Of a stretch of DNA of 64,000 nucleotides, positions 13,587 to 24,929 are shown one piece after another (the first letter of the stretch is position 1; each line of letters begins with the position of its first letter). Made by a program: the position numbers and the translations under genes. The notes beneath the pieces are model-generated. The model worked only from the letters and a program-made list of their open reading frames with translations, was not told where the DNA came from and made no database searches. Origin of the DNA: Chlorokybus atmophyticus (Eukaryota > Plantae > Mesostigma and Chlorokybus algae); contig RHPI01001116.1 in assembly GCA_009103225.1 (NCBI GenBank), positions 317,380 through 381,379 on the forward strand. Reading direction: 5' to 3'.

Positions 13587-15515
13587 ATGTGTGACGATGA
13601 TGGCGAGAGCCTCAGGAGCACCAGCAGCCTCATGCGCCAAGTGCGTTTCGCCAGCAAACAGGCGGTGGGTATGCGCTGTTGCGTGTGTGCGTCTGTATCT
13701 CTGTCGATATATGCCCTTTTGTTTGCGCGCGCGTTGGTGCGCACATGCGCGTTTGTGTCTCTTCGTGTGTGTGTGTGCGCGCGCGCGCGCACATCATTCT
13801 CTCCCTGTTGCAGGCAACCACTCAGCACACACAAGCCCGAGAGCGCCACCATCAGCCTCCAGACCGCGGCCGCCGCCGCCCCACCTCCGCACCCACTACA
13901 TCATCATCGTCATCAAGATCACCACCAACACCATCCACATCCACATTAACAACGTCGAGAGGGAGGGTAGTGGTGTCCCCCGCATCACCCTCCGGCAACG
14001 TGTTCGTGCTGTCCAACGGCAGCACCCACGACGGGAGCGTTACGTTGGGTGCCACTGAGATGAGACGCTGCAACAGCGATAGTGCGAATGTTGGCCACAG
14101 TGGGAGAAGGGAAGATAGTGTCAGGAATAGTGTGTACAGTAAACGCGAGTGTAGTAGTGAGAGTGCGTCATCGGCTGCGGTGTCGATGTTGGAGCTAGAG
14201 CGTGAGGTGGACGCGCTGTGCGAACGCGTATCGGGAGTGAGGGGTGGCACACCGCAGCTGCGCTGTGCCACAACCTCTTCAAGTCCTGGCAGTGACTGGT
14301 GCAGCGCTAGCATCAAGTCCTCGTGGAGTGCGAGTGCGAGCGGGAGAGAGGATGAGAACAACAAGACGCAACATAACAACAACACTCAACGTAACAGGCC
14401 CTCGTCAGCTGCGTCGTGGCAACCGGCGAGTGGACACCACCGCCATCCCCGACAACAACAACAACAACAACATAGACATCCCCGCAAGGACCAGTCCTTC
14501 TCCTCTGCTTATTGCGCAAGCGAGTTGTCTGATCAATTGAGTTGGGGCACACTTGGACAACATAAGGTTGTCGCGCGCGCGGCCAGCCAGAGTAGTGTTC
14601 ATAGTGTAGCTGGAACAAGTAAGAGTGTTTCCACCACAAGCAGTCCGTACAGCCGACCGAGTGGACGCGTCATTGCAGGCACCCTGCCATTTGGCACACG
14701 AGGAAAAGGTCCGTGACTGCGTGGGTGTGCGGTGTATGTGTGCATGCGCGTGCAGTGGGCGTGTTTGCCTGCGCGCATGCGTGCGCGTGTGTGCAAATCT
14801 GTGCGTGCAAGTATGTGTGCACGCGTGTCTGGGTGTCGGTACATGCATGTGTGTGTCTGCATGCGTGCACGTGCGTGCGTATGTGTGCGCACATGCGTGC
14901 GTGCCTGCGTGCATATGTGCGTGCGTGACTGCGTGCATATGTGCTTGCGCGCCTGCATGCACATGTGTGCGCGTGTGTTACGTGCGTGCGTGCATGCGTG
15001 ATGCTTATTGTGTCTGCTGTGCAGTGGCTGGCAAGATCAGTCGTCCAAGCAGCGCGCGCATCAACAACAGCAACAGCAAGAAGAGCCAAAGCGGCAACAC
15101 CACGAAGCGGCCGCCATTTGAGGTCCGGTCCGTTAGCACCTTAGAGGAGCAGCGATTGCAACACAGGCTGAAGCTGCTGCAAGAGCTTCACCGCCAGAAG
15201 CGCATCGGTCAAGAAAGTTTCCGTTCATGTTATCATCAATATGTTGGTGATGATGATGATGATGATGTTAGTGTTGGAGGATGTTGGAATGTGGGTGGGA
15301 GTGTACTTAGAGTGGATAGTAGTAGTAGTAGTGTTAGTAATGATGGTGGTGGTGAGGCGGTGTTTGGTCTGATGCAGAAGATACTCAGCCATCGTCACGC
15401 GTCCGCACCGCCGGAGCTGCTGCGTTACTTGAGGCTGCTCACTCAGCAGCTGCAGAGGGAGAACCGTGCACTCAATACCGCCACGCTGCGCGGATACGCT
15501 GATTATAGCAAATAA
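13587..15515 (+). CDS. Hypothetical low-complexity Ser/Thr-rich protein with short coiled-coil patches (at least 3 exons)
   Basis: Exons MCDDDGESLRSTSSLMRQVRFASKQA / ATTQH..ELEREVDALCERV..FGTRGK / ..EEQRLQHRLKLLQELHRQK..LRLLTQQLQRENRALN..YSK*; long stop-free exons between GT-AG sites; an upstream exon near 13220-13268 is possible. Confidence 0.65.
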
Positions 15516-15949
15516 GATGATTGAGATTGCGAGTCCAAGTGCTGTGCATGCATGTGAGTGATGGAGAAAAGTCCACAAATGAGCATGTGGCACTTGGCTG
15601 GTATGGTCTGTTCTTTTTAAAAACAAAATAAGAACCCCACGCCACGGCATTATACTTTCAAGTAACATCCTACCTATTTGAAGCTGTACTTGATGATTGT
15701 AGATGTGCACATACGTAACCCAAAAACACACACCACAACAAACAAGTAATCTTTCGTTTACCCACTAAAGAACATACACCATCTAACAAACCACTCCGCA
15801 AAATTGCAAAATTGGACCTACGTACATCAACATATCTGGCGGATATGTTTGTGTGTGACGTATGTTCGCCAAGTATTATTATCGGAACACACCGACAGTC
15901 CTAATACTCACAGCTGTACACGCATTGAAACCAAACTAACTCCAACCTA

Positions 15950-16337
15950 TTAAAACGCCATAACGCCGTCGTGCAAAGCTTGGGGGGAGAAGAAGAGGTC
16001 TCTCGCCATAGTATTGTCCTCCAAATCTGCTACATGTGCTAGCTTTGAACTTACAAGAAGCTGCGCCATACAAGCTGGCACGAAGGCTGATTTCTCAATC
16101 TTGCTCAGACGCATGCAGGCACTTGATAGATCGTTGAGCATCCTAAAAAGTCGATCGAGTACTTGACCACCATGAAATGGCGACAAGTCACAGTGTGGAC
16201 TATTGATGTTCAGCAGCAAGTACTCCACTGTCATCCGACCATGTGACGGAAAGTTAAGGAAGTTGATGCGCAGCGATTGTTGGCAGCATATGCAAATCGC
16301 AAACAGGTTAATGGTTCTAGCGCGGAAGGAGTTCTGA
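15950..16337 (-). CDS. Unknown ORF/exon in the repeat-rich tract, possibly joined to an orphan first exon at 17710-17748
   Basis: ~130 stop-free codons (NSFRARTINLF..HDGVMAF*) after a plausible acceptor; no family recognised. Confidence 0.25.
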
Positions 16338-16431
16338 ATCATCCACGTTTGCAATGAGGGTTGACAAGTAATGGTCAGCCTTTAATAAGCATTTAACCTC
16401 TTCGGCATATGATTGGTAGTACAAATTTGAT

Positions 16432-18633
16432 ATGGTACCAGCTTGGTACCATCATGGCGTTCAGCTGCAAAGCTGAACGCCATCATGGTACGGATTGCGC
16501 AAAGTACCAGCATGGCGTTGAGCTGCTACATGGCATGAACCGACTTATTACAAGAACACGTTCGTATTGCGTCAACCAAAGCAAATTCTCTTATAATGCT
16601 AAAGCTAAATTAGCTTTGTCAAGCACAAACGTTTGTTGAGAGGCAACCATAAAAACCTGGGCTAGCATATGCCGTTATAATGCTGCCCCTCATTGTTACA
16701 GGCTTATTGCATATGAGGCACGCCCTTAACAATACCCTGCAAGATGTATATGGGTGGCGCTAAAAACATTATTGAAAGACCATATCGTTGGCATCCCTGT
16801 TATGGATCACGCTAGCATTGCGACGCATTGGGTGTTTGCGGAGGCAATTGCAAGCTGCTATAAATACTCAACAAGTTTTGGGTTGTGAAGCTTTCAAGTT
16901 TCACAACCCAAAGCTTGCTTAAAGCGCAAGCTTGTCAACAAGTATTGCAGCAAACAATCATTATGCAACAAAAGCGGTTGGCATTGATATATGAGTGGTC
17001 ATGTTAGCATTATAATTTGAGTTTTTATTTTGGTTTAACGGCACGTGAAGCTTTTATGCACTATTATGATAGTAGTCTAATCGACCAACTTGGTCTGCTT
17101 GAAAAGCAAAGTAAGTTTAAAAGCTCGTGAAATGGGAACCTGTGTCGCATATCGTCGCAAAATGTTTCCCTTGCCGGCCGACTGGATATTGGCAACGGCC
17201 GTGCACCTGAGGATACTCATTTAGACTGTCGACCTTCAGTCTACCGGCGATCTCGATACAGGGACCTGAGCATAACGGCCGGCACCATTGGTTGGCGGCC
17301 ATTTGCATGAAGGGACTGACCCTAATTAATAGGTACCTGTCAGGTACTCAACAATTAAGCAAAGGATACTTGACCTAACCAACAGGTAACTGACCGGTAC
17401 CTATCAGTTGGGTACCGGCGATTGTACGCTAACTGAGCGAAATTGTCAGGTACCTTAAGGTACCTACCGTTAATGATATGTACCTTTAATGGTACCTGCT
17501 GGTACCGCTCAGTCATGAATGGGTGTCACACGTGATTGTCATCATCAGCTGTGCAAGAATGCGTGACAAATAATAAAAAATTAAAAATCAAATAAATTAC
17601 AATGTAATATAATGAGCTACTACTACTACTGCTAGTACAACGAGACTACCACTACTGCTACCACTATCACTACTGCTACTACTACTTTAGGTACTACTGC
17701 TATTACTACCCTTGTACTGAGCTGCGGCTCCTGCACCGCCGCCGCCATTCTTTTGCCGCCGCCGCTGCCGCCGCCTGGCCTGGTCTAACCTAGCCTGGCC
17801 TGGCCTGGCCGCCCAAAGGCAAGGAGGGTGGTTAGATGGCATGCGGTGTTGCGCGTAGTACAACTTCAGACAGCAACCAAGCTCACCTACTGTTAGCCGT
17901 TGCCGCCGCCGCCGCCGCCGCCATCACCGCCGCCGCCGCCGCCNAGCCCAAGTTATTCAAACGTGTTGTCGCAACGGCATTACCGTATTATTATAATGGT
18001 ACGAAAGTACTATTGTCGCAATGGCACTATCGTACCATTGGTATGGTACGAACAGTGCCATTGCAACAATGGCACTGTTCGTACCATTGACATAGTACGG
18101 CGGCTGCATTGTACCAGCGTCTCGACTGGCCGGCCAGTACCACCGTCCCGACTTGCCGACTTTTAGGGACCGGCGGTCACTTGCTTATCATACTTGACAC
18201 ACAATAAGTAGGTCGCCACCGCGTTAAGTGCACGACCGGCGATCGGCCGTCACTTAATAAACGCGGTAAGGTCACCTGATAGTGACTAACGGTGACTAGC
18301 TTGCCAAAGTAGGCAGGCCGTCGCGCATACTTTTCGACGGTCAGGGTTCGACCGGCGGTCGGCCGTCACTGTATGTGACCAAAACGTGACTTATTTGCTA
18401 AACAGATAGGTCGCCATCGCGCAAATGGGACGACCGACAATCGGCCGTCACCTTAAAGTGCGATGTTGCCGTCACAGGCAGGCCGCCGTCGATTGTACTT
18501 ATCGGTCGACCGCTTGCCGTCGCTATATGTTGCTTGGTAGATACGGCCGTCCTAAAAAGTCCCTTTATGGAACAATCCGTTACGTCAGGTAGGGTCAGGC
18601 AGGGTCAGGCAGTCGTCAGTCCCTCAGTCCCTT
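16432..18633. mobile_element. Cluster of probable non-autonomous DNA-transposon remnants (hairpins, GGTACC array, short imperfect TIRs, ~200-bp degenerate duplication)
   Basis: Hairpins at 16446-16491, 16872-16917, 17995-18088; 7 GGTACC in 17332-17506; AGGGACTGAC (17311) / GTCAGTCCCT (18615); GACTTTTAGGGAC (18158) / GTCCTAAAAAGTC (18549); no transposase ORF or TSD seen. Confidence 0.4.
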
Positions 18634-19616
18634 GTCAGTCACCGTGTAAAATTTGCGACGATCATGGTATTTGCACATGTAGTTGAACCATATATGCATG
18701 TAGTCTGTTGCTAAAACAATGGAAAGGCACATAAATGCGGGCAAAAGGCAGCCAGCGGGTAGGGCGAGGGCTAGCGGCAGGCGAAGTAAGAGCAGGCAGC
18801 GGGCAGGGCGATTACTATGTAAAATAAGAGCCTGCCCGAGGGCCGCTTGTGCGGCACAATGCAAATGGCAATAGCGCTAACAATGTAAGATCCGAAACGG
18901 CATACAAGACACGCGTGGCTCGCATCCATCAACTGGCAAAGTCCTTACAGAGGCCTAACTCAAACCACTAGCAGTGCCAGTAACTTACGCACATGCGGCT
19001 GAGCCCGTGCATGAGTGGCGGTACAGGGCCGATGCTGTACCCTTTCTTCGCAGTAGATTGGTGCAGCTAGCTCTTGATGGCACATGTATGTAGATGCAAA
19101 CGAGTTTACTTACACTTACAAATGCAGTGTTCAATTACTTATTGTGACTTATTTGCATTCAACATGCATGGCAATACAAAGAACATCAATATCACAAGCA
19201 GCGGCGGCGCCGCTTCCGGCTAGTTGTCGACGGTGGACAACGTGTAGGTCTATCATGCCGATCGTGTAATGTACTACACTCAAGAACGTATACACGAGGG
19301 TGCACCGCTACAAGTGCATGGCGCGATGCCTATTAGCCAGAGTCTTGCACATTGGGACTGCATGCATGCACCAGACCAGATTGGACATCGCGTCCCTGTT
19401 TAGGATAGGCTTAACATGATGATCGTCTTGCAAAATTGCTGAGATACTGTGCATGGTAAAAACTTACCAAGCGTGCTTACAGCCTGAGTCACTTGCACAC
19501 AAGCATTGGGATGTGCATCAAGCGACCAGACCATTCGTCCGGTTTGGGTTTAAGCGTGTAAAGTCTTCTTCTTCTTCTCTTCTTCTTCTTCTTCTTCTTC
19601 TTCTTAACTCTTGTGC

Positions 19617-19903
19617 AGATCGCTATAACTGGAGCTGACACAGTGGAATGCACAGCATAGTTGTGGCCCGAGGTTGCCCTCGCATAATTGATGGTATGCC
19701 TCAGGCATGGCTTCTTTGCGCCATATAACCCTGGCGTTTGGCCAGCAGCAGCCGATCTGTCATGCGCCCTACTTGTTCGTATACTGACCCTGGCATAGTC
19801 GGTGCCAAGATGAATGCAACACAAACGGGAGCTAGTTCAGAGTTTGAGGAAGAGGACCTGGTGTGTGAAGGAGGAACGGATGTGCACTGGCAAGTCGTTG
19901 AGG
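19617..19903 (+). pseudogene. Decayed coding exon with two C-to-T-type stop codons
   Basis: Acceptor after a (CTT)n tract and donor GAG|gtgagt; frame DRYNWS*HSG..LCAI*PWR..EFEEEDLVCEGGTDVHWQVVE with TGA/TAA explicable as CGA/CAA; family unknown. Confidence 0.35.
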
Positions 19904-21072
19904 TGAGTTGTGTAATTAATGTTAACACATGCCATTAGCAAAAAGCAACATAGTTATCAATAAGTGGGCACAACTTGCCATGCTTGAACAATAGCTGTTG
20001 TGACTCATGCACCGCGGGTTGAACACTATAGTATGCCACTTATGTTTGGCAGTCATGGAGAGCAAAGGGATGGCTGGTTAGTGCACGCAGATAATCGATA
20101 CGCTGCGCAAAGAGGTAATGCCATTAAGGCAACATGACATTGCATCCAACATTCAACCAGTGCAACTTGAGCGACTGCTCTAGCGTGTGCCAGCTGGCTT
20201 GTGTGCACGTTAATCAGCGGTTGCCAACTCGGAACTTCGGAACTTCGGAAGTTCGGAAGTGTGCACGCAATCTTGGGACCACTTTATCGTTGATGATATA
20301 AGATGAATGCAGGTCGAGAACTTGACAAAAAGTAAGGGTCATTAAAAGACTCAGGCCGTAAACGCGAAAGTGCGCTCATCCCGTGTAACGGAGGAGATGC
20401 GTTATGTGAGGAGTTGACCAGCCTGCCGCGTGTAACAAAAAACGATGTGACAAGGCTGGGTAAACAGGCGCGGCGTCTGTTACTTCTTGTAGCTAAAGCT
20501 GGGGCAGCAATGCGCCGGAGACAGGGATTAACCAAACCATCGGCCTCCAGGTGTGTTGGCGCACAACGCTAGCGCAAATGTACATGGCTTGTACATATGC
20601 GTGCGTGCGTGCGTAGTAAATGCGGATTTGCCTTTAATACACTAGTACGTACACCGAATGATTGTACTGTGCAACACATGACAATAACAAATCATAGTGC
20701 CAAGGTTGCGTGGGCAGTGAACTGCAACTTCCAGTTCACTACTCATGTGAATAAAATACAATAGCAGTCATGCTTAGTATGTAGTACTTGTCCACTGGCG
20801 CTACTAGTTGCAATTAATGGTGCCACTATTAATAGTACTAGTGGCCTCGTATTCGATCTTTTCAGATGAAATTAGCATGATTAACAGCAGTTGTTGCTGC
20901 ACAGCAATTGACAACTGCAAGAAAGCACTTGCTTGCTGCATAAACCTAATTCAAGGCACCAGTTGATTGCTGCCATACTGCACTTGATGCTGCACGATAG
21001 GAATTGAGCATTGCAAGACACCGTGTGGTTGGTGGAGAGCAGCACTTCGTTGTTGCCAGACAGCACTTTGGG

Positions 21073-21114
21073 TTAGGGTTAGGGTTCGGTCGGGGGCCCC
21101 AACCCTAACCCTAA
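21073..21114. repeat. Head-to-head interstitial telomere-like repeats forming a 14-bp inverted repeat
   Basis: TTAGGGTTAGGGTT - CGGTCGGGGGCCCC - AACCCTAACCCTAA. Confidence 0.85.
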
Positions 21115-24100
21115 GCTAGGGTTAAAATAGGGCACTCTAAAATTACGCACTGAATTTAATAAAACACGTATCCAACGTTAACTTGCAAAAACTCAAGTGA
21201 ATCATCTTGATGTCGCTTAATAAAAGAATGGTGTGTAGGTTATATTATGATGTTGCGCGTTGTGTGCATTTTGTGTTGATTGAGGTAAGATTGAGGTAGA
21301 TGTTAATAATGATTGAGGTAAATGTTAACAACTTTTAGTCATTGAGCACGTGCAGGTGCAAATGACATAAAAAGACAAGGTAACAAGTTAATGTTTAAAA
21401 GAAGATTGTTAGCAGCAGCGAACCTTGTAATATAATATAATTGTTTGCATAAAAAGGATTGTGTTCTTGAAGCAAATGATGTTGGTTGAATAATTACCTC
21501 ACTAATAAAGATAACGACTACACATACATATGATGTTATGAACACCTTCAATTCTAAGATAACAACGTTTATCCCATTGAGTATGTTCTTGACTTAATTG
21601 ATAGTTGTCATACTATCTTTTCATCATTAAGGAGTACACACACAAAGGAAAAATCAGCAATGCATTGAAGAGGAGTACATTGACCTCACACCCTAATGCA
21701 ATTAGTAGTAACAATAGTATGGTGTGCCAACATTGCACATGCACAAGCACTTGTACATATGTATGTTGGGTAACATCCTCAGACAAGTAGTTGAAATCTT
21801 GGTGCTGTCTGCCACCAACGAGGACTATACATACATGTACCACCATGAACACAAGGACTCATAGTTGAACTGAGAGACAACAAAGCAACAACAAGTGAGA
21901 GTCTGCCATACATTTTATCTTGGCCAAGTGATATCAGTATAAATATTAAAGATCCATATAATATACACAATGAAGTCCTTGTATTAGGACATAACATTGC
22001 TTATAGATTCAATCTTTATTTTATTTATCTATTAATTGATCTCTACACTAACAGGAAGTCAACACATGTAGCAAAATGTAGACCTTGTGCAAGGATACTG
22101 TATTGTTCATTAACAGACCATCCATAGCGGTTATAAGAATAGACAAATTCCTCCCTTTATAAGAGTTTCAATTATCAAATTTTAATTTGCCAATTTTACC
22201 GTTTTGCAGACGTTGTTCAAATCACCGGTGGTGTGCACAAAGTCCACACCGTGCAGAAGCGTCTTGTTGCCGTCTACCTACATATCGGCTTGTTGTTTGC
22301 TTGCATTGCACGATGGCGTCGTTGGGTGAAGAAGTCGATAGCGCTTTCCCTAACGTCGATGCAACAAGGGCGGCTATACGAGTCTCTTCGGCGCAACCTC
22401 TCCATGCCGGTCCCGTTACGATGCAGACTGTGCCTTTACATATAGGTTTTTTATATATATCGTTGTTCACATGCCTTGTATATGGCTTTGTGCACCTATG
22501 CACAACTTGAAAAGCATTTTAATCATGCATGTTTGCAGTGCTTTGGCTTAAAGTAGTTGTGTATGCCGTTCGAGCGAAGCATTGTTTGTGCATGGTGCAC
22601 CTTAGCGTTTGGTCTTGTTGCGGCTGCCCAAGTCAGCCCAAGCTGCTGATGACATGCATTATTTATGCTTTTTTATTGATCATTTCGTGCATGCATGCAG
22701 CGCATACATGCATCTCACTGTTTCTCTCAACGCCAACATGCATGCATGCTACGCTGTTGGTCTAATTAGCGATTTGTTAGACTTTATTTTGTGGATCCGC
22801 AACACCGGTTCGTTTTATGGAACCAATAAATGTGAACATCTACATTGTCATGCATGCATGCATGCAGAAGTTGCGTTGTTTTTACGTTCCGACTCATGGC
22901 AGCGCATGAAGCACATGCATGCATCTCAGATTAGTCATGGATCAGAAGACTGACACAATTCAGTTTTGAACATCATGTCATTCTGATGAACACGGACTGC
23001 ATACAAAGGTCTGCTTCTCTCGTGCAGCGCATTATTGTACATGGACCGTTCGAATGATAGCGGCTGAATGTTATCATCCCAAGCGCATGCATTCATGCAC
23101 CCTTCATTTCAGCATACAAGATGTGGGCATTGGCAACGAGGTTTTTCTTACAGGCATACATCATATGCGACACATGCAACATGGCCATGGCATCCATGTT
23201 TGTTTTCTCTACCATGTCGCCGTGTAGGTTGCCTCACTCCGTGGGTGTATCATTGAAGCGCATGCGTTGTCGGCATTGTGGCACATTGAGTGCAAGGCCG
23301 CATTGACCACACCCTCGAGCACCGACCACCACGCGAACTGTGGAGTGCTTGTGGTCAAGCTGCAGGCCGTTAAGTACGATCACAATCATTGGGCGGAAGC
23401 CCTTCGTCTTAGCGTACCGTGCGTCTTTAAGGACTTGCCTACAAGTGCGTGATTACAACATGTCTTACACGTCCTCCCATGATGTAAGTGCTGCCTACAT
23501 TTCTCAGCCGGTATGAGTGCTGTTTTTGCCAAAGTTGGTGCTATATGCTGCATCTTACTAGGCTAGTTGTACATAAAGTCGACGTGTGCGCTTGCCAATA
23601 GTTGATGACGTACAAGTGTTGTCTTGATCGCAGTGGGTGCTGCCCGATGATGTCTTCGTAATTTGTGGTGTCTACATGTGCTGTCGGCCTTCATGAGAGT
23701 GCTGTCGGCGGTTGCAATCGTGTACATCAAATGCAGGACATGCATGCGCATGCACAACGTGTAGTCCAGTCAGCACGCAGCAACACATGCAAGGTGTCGT
23801 ACAAATGACATTTAGTTGACCACCGGGCTACTACTAGCATGCTAATCTACTGCCTTTACCCCGTTAGACATGCAGCAGTCAATATGCAGTTGGTAATCAC
23901 CTACCCACATGGGCGTTGGTTAGTTGTTGGCGCTTTTGGTCACGCAGACAGCATGCAAATTGGCGACCAGTACTCCCCCTCCCTCTCTCCCTGGCTCCGC
24001 CGCCTTCCTTGCCCTCTGCAAGCGATGCAGCAGGGTTTGCTGGGTTGTGTCGTAGTTGCGTTGCACTGCCGACGTCAGCAGTGCCTGGTCCAGTGCCCCC

Positions 24101-24196
24101 TCCGCACAGGTTGTGCTGTGTTCGGTTTGGGTGGTGGGCTGGTTAGGTGCTGGTTGGGGTTGGGTGGTGTATAAGAGCCGTCCTACTCGAAGATGT

Positions 24197-24290
24197 CTGG
24201 TGACCTCTTTGCGCCATAGCAAAGAGGTCACCAGGTTACCATGTCTTTGCAACAGCGCTGGACCTCTTTGTGTCTAGTGACCTCTTTGCA
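24197..24290. repeat. Perfect 16-bp-stem hairpin plus two further direct copies of GACCTCTTTG
   Basis: CTGGTGACCTCTTTGC-GCCATA-GCAAAGAGGTCACCAG at 24197-24234; the motif recurs at ~24261 and ~24280. Confidence 0.85.
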
Positions 24291-24929
24291 CTATCGTGTC
24301 ACTGTATGATGTGTGCATTGTGAACTACCCTTCCATTTTCAACAAAAGTGCATACAAAGGGTATGCGTAGTTGAACTTTAGCTATACCATTAGAGCCCGC
24401 TAGGTGCAATATGAGTGGAGGTGTTGGGCAAAGGGTAGAGGGTGCTCGACTGTGGAAGTAGGAGTGGTTAGGGGTGAAGCACCATTGCAATGGATGCGGG
24501 CATGTCTAGAAGAGATGGTAAGCTAGAGTGCAGCCATGTGGGTGTGCTAGGACAACTGTATCACAAGTGGGCAACTACATGGGCATATCCGGACTAGTGG
24601 ATGTATTATTTCACCGCAAGCTATTCTACACAAAAGCATAGACAATTGCCTGTTCAACACATGTGCATGTGCATGTGCACTACTCCGCTCGCATCTCATG
24701 TACACCCCAAATTGTATTCTGTGTACACTCATCGCATAGCGTGCAAACTGTACTGCATCACAACCACTGGCTTACGCGCAAGAGTGGATGCAATTGCTGA
24801 TGTCATATAGTAAACATACACCAGGCCAAAACAGGGCAGTTCTAGGCTAACGGGGGTTGATTGCCCTCAGGCTCCTGCGTAAACGTGAACAATCTGCACA
24901 CAAGCAGGGCTGGATGCTACTTGCAGCAC

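Noticed and set aside
14405-15144. Many His/Thr/Cys/Val-rich ORFs here and in ARK and TFIIE introns
   Set aside because: Stop-free translations of (CA)/(GT)/(CG) intronic repeats with no coding signature
17185-17196. 12-nt match (GATATTGGCAAC) to the reverse complement of hairpin loop 2
   Set aside because: Within chance expectation for a 64-kb window given several possible 12-mers
19617-19790. Resemblance of alternative frames (CLRHGFFAP here, TCPHG near 7600) to KDZ/CxC transposase motifs
   Set aside because: Similarity is too short and interrupted by stops to support a call without a profile search
21073-21114. Definitive chromosome end-to-end fusion site
   Set aside because: Only about two repeat units per side; kept as a structural observation only
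21120-22200. Endogenous giant-virus gene in the AT-rich block (also 29290-29950)
   Set aside because: No intact ORF or recognisable viral motif; deamination decay explains it equally well
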